64,000 nt of DNA. Source: Heteronotia binoei. Lineage: Eukaryota. The notes under the pieces were generated by a model. That model was not told the DNA's origin. It was given only the letters and a program-made list of their open reading frames with translations, and did no database searches. How positions within the stretch are numbered: position 1 is the first letter of the stretch; each line of letters starts with the position of its first letter. The position numbers were made by a program, and so were the translations under genes. The stretch is from contig NC_083237.1 in NCBI RefSeq assembly GCF_032191835.1, forward strand, positions 9,610,001 to 9,674,000, written 5' to 3'. This document shows, piece by piece, positions 11,783 to 22,133 of the stretch.

Positions 11783-11810
11783 GGTATTTGTCCTGCTTTT
11801 GTACACTGTG
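11783..11810 (-). other. Recombination signal sequence of VH-1 with a 12-bp spacer
   Basis: Minus strand: heptamer CACAGTG (11810-11804), 12-nt spacer (11803-11792), nonamer ACAAATACC (11791-11783). Confidence 0.9.
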
Positions 11811-12857
11811 CACTTCGAGCACAGAAGTACATGCCGGAGTCTCCTGTCTGCATGCCTCTCATCTCTAAATAAAGCTGGTTCTTGGAAGTGTCTCTGGAGA
11901 TGGTGAGGCGATTTTGCCGGGAGCCAAGGTAGTGCTTTCTGTCATCCCAAAACACGAGACACAGCCATTCCAGGCCTTTCCCTGGGGACTGACGAACCCA
12001 GCCCACTGAATCCCCACTGTCAGTGAGGGAGAATCCATAAATGTAGCAGGTGAGCTGAAGGGTCTCCGATGGTCTGAGCTGCACTGACCCAAACTGCTTC
12101 AAGTCCACTGCAGACTGGACCCCTGGAAAGATAGAGGATGATGAAGAAGATATTGGATTTGTACCCCACCTTTCACTCTGAATCTCAGAGTGGCTTACAA
12201 CCTCCTTTACTTTCCTCCCCCACAACAGACACCCTGTGAGGTGGGTGGGGCTGAGAGAGCTCTTCCAGAAGCTGCCCTTTCAAGGACAGCCTCTGCCAGA
12301 GCTATGGTTGACCCAAGGCCATTCCAGCAGCTGCAAGTGGAGGAGTGGGGAATTAAACCCAGTTCTCCCAGATAAGAGTCCACACACTTAACCACTTAGC
12401 AAGAGCTATGGCTGACCCAAGGCCATTCCAGCAGCTGCAAGTGGAGGAGTGGGGAATCAAACCCGGTTCTCCCAGATAAGAGTCCACACACTTAACCACT
12501 TAGCAAGAGCTATGGCTGACCCAAGGCCATTCCAGCAGCTGCATGTGGAGGAGTGGGGAATTAAACCCAGTTCTCCCAGATAAGAGTCCACACACTTAAC
12601 CACTTAGCAAGAGCTATGGCTGACCCAAGACCATTCCAGCAGCTGAAAGTGGAGGAGCGGGGAATCAAACCCGGTTCTCCCAGATAAGAGTCTGCGCACT
12701 TAACCACTACACCAAACTGGAAAAGGTCCATTATGAAAAAGACCTGGATCTTAAAAGAAGCAAAAGAGAAACCAGGATGGATGAGGTTGTCTCCTTGAAA
12801 AAGGCACTTACAGGGTGGAACAGTGAACAGAACAAAGGCCAGGAGCACAGCATACAT
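11811..12857 (-). CDS. IGHV: IGHV segment VH-1 (clan II / IGHV2-like); open frame but atypical RSS and promoter
   Basis: Leader exon 12857-12812 ([21 protein letters not shown] donor); V exon 12122-11811 with [31 protein letters not shown]. Intron enlarged to 689 bp by a SINE. Octamer degenerate (plus strand ATTTGTTT at 12973). Confidence 0.93.
12131..12720 (-). mobile_element. tRNA-derived SINE with four tandem 104-bp copies of its 5' part, inside the VH-1 intron
   Basis: AGAGCTATGG recurs at 12298, 12402, 12506 and 12610. Confidence 0.9.
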
Positions 12858-13419
12858 GGTCCCTGCTGGAGGGAAGACAGTGGATGGATGAGTTCCGTTG
12901 ATCTCCAAGTCACACTTTGATTGAAGACAGGATTGTAAAATCCCACAGATAAGAGGAGCCTGGGTGAGGACAATTTGTTTATCCAATCTCTATGTAAATT
13001 GGTATTCAAGGACTGTTACCATGAATGGTGGTGCTGTTGTGAAGTGCTTGTGAGTCAAGGGCCAATCACTGAAGGAAGCTCATGCATTATAGATAAAGAA
13101 TGCCTCAAAACATTTAATTTTCATGTCACACAGCTGTTCTCCTATGGTGGAATATGGACACAGGCATGACAAGCAGCAGTGGGCAGGAGGAGTTTTAGGA
13201 GATTTTTCTGCTTTTTCTTTTCTTCACCATATTGAAGGTGGGCAACATTGATGTCCCTTTTTATCTCCTTCATTCCCTTTTCTTGCCCCAGCCAAGGAAA
13301 GAAAGTGGGGACACAAAGGTGACTGTGAGGAGGTAGGGGCAGTGGCTTCCATACCTGCTCAGTATTCAGCAGTGTCTGCTCGATGGTTCCAAGTCTGTCA
13401 TGGTGAGGAAAAGTGACTC

Positions 13420-13590
13420 CAATGTAGAGCATCTGTTGAGCATGTATAAAGCCTCAGTTTTAACCTCTGCCATGTCCAGTAAATGATCAGGTAGCAGGTA
13501 ATGGTGAAAGACCTCTACATCTGCTTCCAGACTGAGTAGACAATATTGAGTTTGAGAGATTATTGGTCTGATTCAGCACAGGGCAGACTC
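13420..13590 (+). mobile_element. Old tRNA-derived SINE (second family)
   Basis: Reverse-complement similarity to 57205-57386 (CAGACTGAGTAGACAAT..GGTCTGATTCAG). Confidence 0.5.
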
Positions 13591-13719
13591 ATTGTGTTTA
13601 TGTGTTTCCAGTGGCTGACTTATTTCTGATGCTGAGGAGGAAATAGCAACAAAGCAGAGAGGACAGCAAAAAGGGGAAGGGAGAAGTAGGGACCAGTGTT
13701 GGGGGCAGGGTGTGAAGAA

Positions 13720-13985
13720 AGAAGAAGAGATTGGATTTATACCCCACCTTTCACATGGAGTCTCAGAGCTGTTTACAATCTCCTTTCCCATCTCCTTCCC
13801 ACAATAAACACCCTGTGAGGTAGGTGGAACTGAGAGAGCTCTGAGAGAACTGTTCTTCAGAGAACAACTCTGAGAAAACTTGTGACTGTCTCAAGGTCAC
13901 ACCAGCATTTTCATGTGAAGGAGTGGGGAATCACTGGTTCTCCCAGATTAGAGACCACACTCCTAACCACTGCACCACACTTCTG
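13720..13985 (-). mobile_element. tRNA-derived SINE, diverged copy
   Basis: GAAGAAGA..TTGGATTTATACCCCACC..GGAGTGGGGAATC..CTTAACCACT pattern, the reverse complement of the common SINE. Confidence 0.75.
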
Positions 13986-14384
13986 GGGGCAATGGATGAA
14001 GAAAGTGGGGAAAAGATGAGATGAGGTGGTGGCAGTGGGAGAAGGAGATAGAGAAATTTGCCTGGGGTGTCATAGCTTATAGGCAAATGAGTTTCTCACA
14101 GTCCCCACTTGTCTCAAATATTTAGCAACTGACATCGTTTACTGTGGTCTACACATGTTGTGGGACATGGGCAACAGTTGGTTGAGATATCTATAGAAGC
14201 TAATAGGGCAAAAACTATTAATTGAAAGAAAGCGGTGGGAAGGAGAATATATTTAAGATACAGTTCAGAACCCTTCATGTCAATAGACACAGCATAGCAA
14301 AATGAGGGAAAGTGTTATAGGTGATTTTATTTACAGGGTAAATCGACATTTCCTGAGGAGGGCATGCAGGACAGTTTGGAAAGA

Positions 14385-14572
14385 AGAAGAGGAGTTGAAT
14401 TTATACCCCACCCTTTACTCAGATTCTCAGAGGTAGGTGGGGCTGAGAGAGTTCTGAGAAAACAGTGACTGACCCAGGGTCACCCAGCTGACTGCATGCG
14501 GAGAAGGAGTGGGGAATCAAACTCAGTTCTCCAGATTAGAGACCATCACTCTTAACCAGTACACCAAACTGG
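14385..14572 (-). mobile_element. tRNA-derived SINE, diverged copy
   Basis: Same reverse-complement pattern, ending CACCAAACTGG. Confidence 0.75.
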
Positions 14573-14867
14573 TTCATAGATGATTCAGATGTGGCCAAGA
14601 TATGCTTTATGTGAATTGTCATATGAGTGCCCTGAAAGTGTATTGACCTTGGGATTATGGTAATTCCTTATGCATGAAAAATCATACAGATAGATTTTAA
14701 ACTCAGCGGGTTTAAATTATCTTCAATCCATGATTAGAATATCAGAATATATCAACACAAACAGCTTCTGTAGAGTTTATGTAATGGATTCCCACAAAGG
14801 CTCTTGGAAACTGTTGTTGAAAGCACTGAGAACTTTTTGAGAGATCACAAGCTACTCTATAAAAAAC

Positions 14868-14962
14868 TGAATTTAGGGGGAGGTATTTGTGAGTTTCCTG
14901 CATTGTGCAGGGGGTTGGACTAGATGACCCTGGAGGTCCCTTCCAACTCTATGATTCTATGA
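14868..14962 (+). mobile_element. CR1 LINE 3' end
   Basis: Near-identical to the last 95 nt of the CR1 at 37878-38526. Confidence 0.85.
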
Positions 14963-15092
14963 AGTTCTGTGAGCAGAGAGTTTTGATCATTTAAATCAGT
15001 TAAGGTCGATCCTCCTTTAGTTTTCTTTCTCATAATTTCTTCCCTTCGTGATGCAGCGGAACCAACCTGCGGAGTTTTCATGATCTAAGGAG

Positions 15093-15131
15093 GGTTTTTG
15101 CCTGGCTTCAGATTCACTTCCCCTCACCATG
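15093..15131 (-). other. RSS of VH-2: 23-bp spacer, defective heptamer
   Basis: Heptamer CATGGTG (15131-15125), 23-nt spacer, nonamer GCAAAAACC (15101-15093). Confidence 0.88.
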
Positions 15132-15598
15132 TCTCTTGCACAGTAATACATGGCCGTGTCTTCAGCTTGCAGATTAGTCATTTGCAAGTGTACCAAGCTG
15201 TTGGCATCGCCCCTAGAGATGGTGAATCTGCCTTTCACGGAATCTGAGTAGTATGTTGAGGTAACTGCTATATAGGCTACCCATTCCAAGCCTTTTCCCT
15301 GAGTTTGCCTCACCCAGGCAAAGTAGTAGCTGCTGAAGGTGAACCCTGAGGCTTGACAGGAAAGGCGGAGAGAATCTCCAGGCCTCTTTACATCTCCTCC
15401 AGACTCCAGCAGCTGGACTTCTGAAAGGGCCACTGAAAAAAAAGAAAGATTTGATTATTATTATTTTTTAAAAAAGATAACTGGTGTTTATTTGTACCTA
15501 AATTGTAACTCCCCTCCGATTGGAGGGAAATAGATAAATAAAACTGTACCTTTGAAGACTGCTACCAAGAAGACAAGTTGAAGCAAATGCCTTATCAT
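15132..15598 (-). CDS. IGHV: IGHV segment VH-2 (clan III-like); open frame, non-canonical heptamer
   Basis: Leader 15598-15550 ([16 protein letters not shown]); V exon 15432-15132 [49 protein letters not shown]. Promoter octamer variant ATGTAAAT at 15718-15711. Confidence 0.93.
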
Positions 15599-15723
15599 TG
15601 CTACTTAGAGGCAGATAGGCTAATAATTGGGCACTCAGGAGTCGTGTCCCTGGGAGTAGATGAGACGCTGGAAGAGTGGATGGCTAATTTAAACAGGAAG
15701 CTCCCCCTGAATTTACATATACA

Positions 15724-15845
15724 AAGGTAAAGGTAGTCCCCTGTGCATGCACTGAATCATTACTGACCCATGGGGTGATGTCACGTCATGACATTTTCTT
15801 GGCAGACTTTTTACAGGGTGGTTTGCCATTGCCTTCCTCAGCATT
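15724..15845 (-). mobile_element. Sauria SINE 3' fragment
   Basis: Plus strand AAAGGTAAAGGTAGTCCCCTGTGC..GTGGTTTGCCATTGCCTTCC, i.e. an (ACCTTT)n tail on the minus strand. Confidence 0.75.
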
Positions 15846-16949
15846 TCCATATAGCCCAGATTAACAAGATTAACAAGAAGAGTTATTGCTGGCCAGCAAG
15901 AGCTCTTTGTGTATGTTCACACCAGGCCTTGAATTCAGCACGAGCTTACAGGAGCACAGCTCCTGAACCTTTCTGAGGGTTCCCCCTCCTCCTCCCCACC
16001 TACCTACCTTGTCCACTGAATAGTAGGTGCAGCTGCATAACAGTCCCTGGATTAGGAGAGCGGCTAGCCAGCCAGCCGCCAGGGGCTTTGCCACACTCCC
16101 AGCAGCCCTCATTAACCCCGGGAGAAGCCCGTGCCACCCTTTCTCCACTCCTTATGTGATTTTGGATGGCAGGTGGCTTGCTGGCCTTTTGCCTGAGGGG
16201 GCAGCCAAGGAGAGCCCCAGCAAGCGAGGCCTGCTAGTGCTGGCCGGATCTCTAGTCAGCCCAAGCAGGCCTCACTCGTCTGGAGCTCTTCTTTCTTGCA
16301 TCGGGTTGCTTTTGGCTGGGGGGGCATATGCTAATGAGTTATGTTAATGAGCTCCACCACCTGTTTTTCTATAAAACAACCCCTGTTCACCACATATGAC
16401 TGCTGCATGGTATCCAGCTTTAACATGTTGATCATTATAACTATTAAGGTGGGTTTTGCGTATACCAACAGAAAGCAGATTTGGGTTATTTCTTTCACAA
16501 AATGTATACCCTTCCTTTCTGCTCTGTTTCATGAAATGTATTTCCTTTCTTTGTGCTCTCAAAAGGGCCAAGAAGGCAGCAAACAAAACATACATCATAA
16601 AATCATATTTTAAGTCCATTAAAATCACCCCCACACAGATCTTTAAAACAATTAAAACCAAAACTAAAATAAAGGAACATAAGAATCAGAATTAAAACGT
16701 TGGCCCTAAAGGAGAGATAACTGAGGGGACCCAAAATGAAACACACAAATTTTCACCCACTGATGGAAGATTGCAACAGAAAGGGACAGTTGAATTTCCC
16801 CAGGGAAGAAAGTGGAAAAAAGAGAAGATGAATACAGAAAATGGGTAGCTGAACAGTAATTATCCTGGCTTTGAGATAGGCTTCTGGCATTACCAACACC
16901 GACCTCCTCTCCAGACCTTTTCCATATGTGAAAGACCTCTGCTTGAGAC

Positions 16950-17143
16950 CAGTGTTCCCTCTAAGGTGAGTTATTGTGAGCTACCTCACAGTTCTTTAGC
17001 CTCCGGCTCACATATTTTTATCTTAACTCAGGAAAACTAACCCCAGAGCAAATTAATTTATGCAGTAGTTCACAACTTTAATGCCAGTAGCTCACCAAGT
17101 AGAATTTTTATTCGCAAGACTTCACAGCTTAGAGGGAGTAGTG
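16950..17143. mobile_element. hAT-type MITE (CAGTGTTCCCTCTAAG family)
   Basis: TIRs CAGTGTTCCCTCTAAG/CTTAGAGGGAGTAGTG; degenerate TSD CTTGAGAC/CCTGGGAC. Confidence 0.75.
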
Positions 17144-18883
17144 CCTGGGACCCTGCCACAAATAAAGGTAAAGGATACCAATTTTTATCAGTCACAGAGC
17201 TGAATAACATAGAAACTCCTTTAACTAAATCCTCATTTTCTGAGACTTGCTTCCACTTTTATGACTTGACCGTCTAGATTTGATGATGACCTGAGTTCCT
17301 TTTCCCCATCATGAATTTCCATGAGAGTTGGTTATGACTGAAAGAGGTAAATAATTAACTCTATGCCTCTTGAGCAATTCTGCTTTCTCTGCATGTTGGA
17401 AACAAGGGGTAACACTCTGTATCTAGTACATTTTAATCTTGCTCGGTGTATTTCAGAATAGTGCACAGGATTCACAAGGCTGACAGAATATTACAGAATA
17501 GTCCTTGGGTAGTTAAACCCTCGAGGGATTTGTGCAATATAGGCTTGACAGAGGAAATAATCAGCCTTGCCATTAAAACCTCAAGTCAGCATTCTCAGAC
17601 ATATTTTATTATTATCTATGCATTGTGGCCTTTCTTTAGAGAACTGCTGCCCCCTTCTGAGAATAAAGGAAGACAATTTCCTACTTTGGCTTTAAGAATA
17701 TACTAGGAGTAAGGTTTGTTGTGAAGAAAAATACAACAGGCTCTAGAAGGAGGCTCTGGGCGAGTGCTCACCACCCTTGTTGTCTTCCCACCCACCCAAG
17801 TGAAGGCATTGACTCCCCCTGCCTCAAGGAGAGCTGATCTCTGCCATCTAGAGAGCAATTGTAAATCTGAGTGATCTCCAGTGGTTCTCTGTTAAGAAAT
17901 GGTATTGTGCCTGCCTGAAGTCCTATCCCTCCTCAAGCCCCACCCTCTCCAGGCTCCACCCCTTAAATCTCCACGAATTTCTTAACCTGGAGTTGGCAAC
18001 CCTAATTCCTTCTCTTTATCTGCCCCTCTGGCTTTGGGTTTCTATCACCTTCCCCCTCCCTGCAGCCTCTACATAGTAAAAGGACAGTCTTTTTTCACTG
18101 TGCATTGGGGACCAAAGCAGCTTACATCATTCTCCTTTCCCCACTTTGATCTGAACAAGAATTCCATGAGGCAGGTTAGGTTGAAAGTTTGTGACTGGTC
18201 TGAAATCACCCAGTTAGCTTCCACAGTAAGAACCTGTGTCTGGCAGACCCCACTCTGAAGCCCTAACTTGTATGCCCTCCTCAAACTCCACCACAGAATC
18301 TCCAGGAATTTCCCATCAACTTATATTCCATTTACCCCAGCACGCCCCAAATTAAGACACAAGACAGAGGGTTTAATGTTATGTATTCAAATGGTTTATC
18401 AATATCATTGCTTATTATCATAAACTGATGATCACAAAAGTGGGCCATGCTTGACTGCTAACTGTGGCTGCCTTTTATGGGCATGTCCATCATGGCGCCA
18501 ACCTTTGCCAGCCCTTCCACCGCTCTTGTTTATTCTCACCTCCACTATATGCCCAGAGGTGCCCAGCCTCATCCCCATCCCCTGACATACCATGCAGCCC
18601 TTACCAGGTTTGAATAGATGCTGCTCAACACCAAATGTGTTTCTTCTCAATGAACTCAGACTTAGGACATGTGATGGTCTGTCATCACCCAGTGACTCAA
18701 GATGGAGGTAGGGATGGCATTATTAGGGACAGGGAGAATGGTATGGTTATACAAAGACTGAATTCAAGAGGCTGCAGCCAATACTGGTTAGAAACTGTGG
18801 CCAGGCTGGAGTCAAGGATTGCAAGTGGTAAGACACAAGCTCATAGCACTCTGGTTGAAGACATGCTGACTCACCATGCAGCT

Positions 18884-18922
18884 GGTATTTGTCCAGCTCC
18901 CTCATTGCTTTTGCACACTGTG
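18884..18922 (-). other. RSS of VH-3, 23-bp spacer
   Basis: CACAGTG (18922-18916), 23 nt, ACAAATACC (18892-18884). Confidence 0.92.
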
Positions 18923-19393
18923 CTCTTCTGGCACAGTAATAAGTGCCGGTGTCTCCTGCCTCCATGCCTCTCATCTCCAAATAAACCTCGCTTTTGGAAG
19001 TGTCTCTGGAGATAGTGAGCCGGCTTCTCAGGGAGTCCAGGTAGCGCTTGTCATCATCCCAATAGACGAGGCACAGCCACTCCAGGCCTTTCCCTGGGGG
19101 CTGACGGATCCAGCTCACTGCATACCCATAAGAAGTGAGGGAAAACCCAGAAACAGAACAAGTGAGCCGGAGGGTCTCTGATGGCCTCAACTGCACTGAC
19201 CCAGGTTGGCTCAAGATCACTGCAGACTGGACACCTGGAAAGCAGGAATGGAAAAGTCTGTTACCCACAAGAACAACAACATGGCTCTTAGAAGTAGCAA
19301 AAGGGAAACCCAGTTGAATGAGATTATCTCCTCCAAGAGATACTTACAGGGTGGAACAGTAAAGAGCACAAAGGTCAGGAGTACAGAGTTCAT
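18923..19393 (-). CDS. IGHV: IGHV segment VH-3 (clan II / IGHV2-like), apparently functional
   Basis: Leader 19393-19348 ([15 protein letters not shown]); 113-bp intron; V exon 19234-18923 [57 protein letters not shown]; canonical 23-RSS. Confidence 0.95.
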
Positions 19394-19521
19394 GGTCCTT
19401 TCTAGAGGGAAGAAAGAAGGGGGAAATAGAGGAGGAATGAGTGGGGCTGATCTCCAAGTCACACTTTGATTGAAGACAGGACTGAAAAACCCAGTGGATA
19501 AGAAGAGGCTGAGTGAGGATA

Positions 19522-19529
19522 ATTTGCAT
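19522..19529 (-). promoter_or_regulatory. Ig octamer ATGCAAAT of the VH-3 promoter
   Basis: Perfect octamer about 130 bp upstream of the leader ATG, in VH-type orientation. Confidence 0.85.
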
Positions 19530-19988
19530 ATTCAAATTTAATGTAAATTGATATCCAGGACTTATTTTCCATAAAAGGTGATGGTGTCGTGAGATGCTTA
19601 TGAGACAGAGTCCAATCGCTGAATGAAGTTCTTGTGTTCCAAACGAAGTAGGCTTTGGGCCATTTAATTGTTCTATTACACAAACAGCAGCAAAGATCAG
19701 AAAATAAACTGATATATGCCTGATCTGGAACTGAACCACTGGGTACAGGATAAGATGTTTAATTCTGCAACCCCTTCTATTCAGCATTGCTTACTGAATT
19801 TCCTGTATGTTTATTTGCATTTGACAGGGAAGAAAAACAGGTCCCTTTTATATCATTTTTCCCTCTAAAAAGAAAAGGGATCAAAACATTCCCTCAGCTG
19901 CTTGTGAGTACAATTTCCTTTTACAGACTTAATAAGAGTCAGGATCTTCACAAAAGCTTTTTTTTGGGGGGGGGGGGAGGGCTCTAAC

Positions 19989-20171
19989 CAGGGTGCTTTT
20001 TTTGTAGCGGGAACTCCTTTGCATATTAGGCCACAAACCCCTGATGTAGCCAATCTCCTGGAGCTTCCAGGGCTCTTCTTCCAGGGCCTACTGTAAGCTC
20101 TTGGAGGATTGGCCACATCAGAGGGGTGTGACTTAATATGCAAAGGGATTCCTGCTACAAAAAAAGCCCTG
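19989..20171. mobile_element. hAT-type MITE (CAGGG..TTTT family)
   Basis: Perfect 8-bp TSD GCTCTAAC; same family as 5212-5369. Confidence 0.9.
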
Positions 20172-21862
20172 GCTCTAACTGGGATCAACACAAAGTTGGG
20201 AATTTTGAGTCCCACACCATTGATAAAATGGGAACTGAGCAATGGTGTCCCTCTAAGGTTGGGAGCCATAACAACTAGTTGTATAGAGGCGGGATAGAAA
20301 TAACTTAAAGAAACCTAAGCACATCTACAAACAAGTTAGATCCACTAAATTCCCTTGGGCTTACTTCTGAGGAAACACACTTTAGGAATGTGTGCCACAC
20401 AAATGAATCACGCCATCCTGTATCCAATAATCAAATTATTGGCTTCAAGTTAAGCCTTAACTTTCCTGTTGGTGCTTGCTCGTCGTGGAATTCTGGGAGC
20501 AGGAGATGAGTTGACACATTATGGAACACAGGAGACCGGTGTAGTCAGATACGGAGTGAAAAATATGTCTGTTGCTGTCTTTGCCTCTTACAACCAAGAC
20601 ACTGCAGAGACAATGAAGTCCCCCTGGAATTACACCAATCACTATGATTTAACCGTCTTGGCAAAGTTTTGAGTAGCTTAAAAAAAAAAAAAAGAAGAAG
20701 CAACCTGAAGAGTCTATATATAGTTAGGGCATTTGACATCCTGCTTTGATAAATGCCAGACTTGAAAGTGGTGCCAGCGATTCTGATCCTTCTGAAATTA
20801 AAGACATGGAGGATGATACTTGCATTACCCCTTTAGAAGTGTGTTGATGGATCCAGCATCTACCCAAGGAAGGTGAATTCAGTCAAAGTGATGCTATAGA
20901 TAGGGCCCAGGCGAGGCTGCATACAGACCTGGAGTGCTGTCCAGATGCTGAGGCTACTGGTGTTTCTGCTGCTTCTCACTTGCATGGCATGCAGAACAGA
21001 TACAACAAAGTGTCGCATGAAAGATTTTTCTCCCCGTTCCTCATGAGTTCCTCCAGCCAGGTGATCTCCTCATTGGTGAGATGACTTCGCTGATATTTTA
21101 TGATTTTCAATTGTTGTCCTTCAAGGGATATCCTTCTCCAAACTCATTGGATGTGCCACAGTAAGGAATTGCCATTCATGTTCTGCTTTTTATGGCTTTT
21201 TTTGTAGCAGAAATTTTTATGACCATTGTCTTTACCTATAACAGGCTGATCATAGAACCTGTTGGCTTCACCCAGTGAAGCATTTCTCCCTTACAGTCCC
21301 TTTCTGAATCATATTTGCTCTTCTGTGTTTGCAATGTATATGGGCTGTCTTCTTCCACAATAAGAGCAGCTTATATTTTGTTAGACAGGGGATGGGAGTT
21401 GAAATGGAGATGTAGTGCATTTGTTTTTTTAAAGCAACAACTCTGAATGTAGCTAGTTTAGTAGATGGCTTGAATGCACAGTGATGTAAAACATGAAAAG
21501 GGGGATTTTTTTAAAAAAAAAATCAATCTTCAAATGCATATGAAATAATATGTAAATATGCTGAAAAGCTGTGATAAGGACAACCATGTCAAAACCAAAA
21601 ATCTCTGCACAGACTCATTAGGCAACCGTATTTTACATTAATATAAATGTGTTTAAAACCCCCAGAAAAGGTGAGAGTGGGGATGGGTCAATGAATGGAG
21701 AATGGAAGGCGACACTAAAAAGATCAGTGTTGGGGTTCATAATATTACAGAACAGCAGGTCAAGGTCATGGCAGGTTAATTGCCAGGGCACATACCTTAA
21801 CTCAAGACAAGTCCTGGCCCCACTGATGGACCTCATGATGGCACCTGGGTTTTTTAGCCACT

Positions 21863-22133
21863 GTGTGACACAGAGTGTTGGACTGGATGGGCCGTTGGCC
21901 TGATCCAACATGGCTTCTCTTATGTTCTTATGTGACACAGAGTGTTGGACTGGATGGGCCATTGGCCTGATCCAACATGGCTTCTCTTATGTTCTTATGT
22001 GACTCAGAGTGTTGGACTGGATGGGCCATTGGCCTGATCCAACATGGCTTCCCTTATGTTCTTATGTGACACAGAGTGTTGGGCTGGAGGGGCCATTGGC
22101 CTGATCCAACATGGCTTCTCTTATGTTCTTATG
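21863..22133 (+). repeat. Four tandem copies of the 67-bp CR1 3'-terminal unit
   Basis: GACAC/GACTC at 21867, 21934, 22001, 22068; same unit as 7064-7402. Confidence 0.9.
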
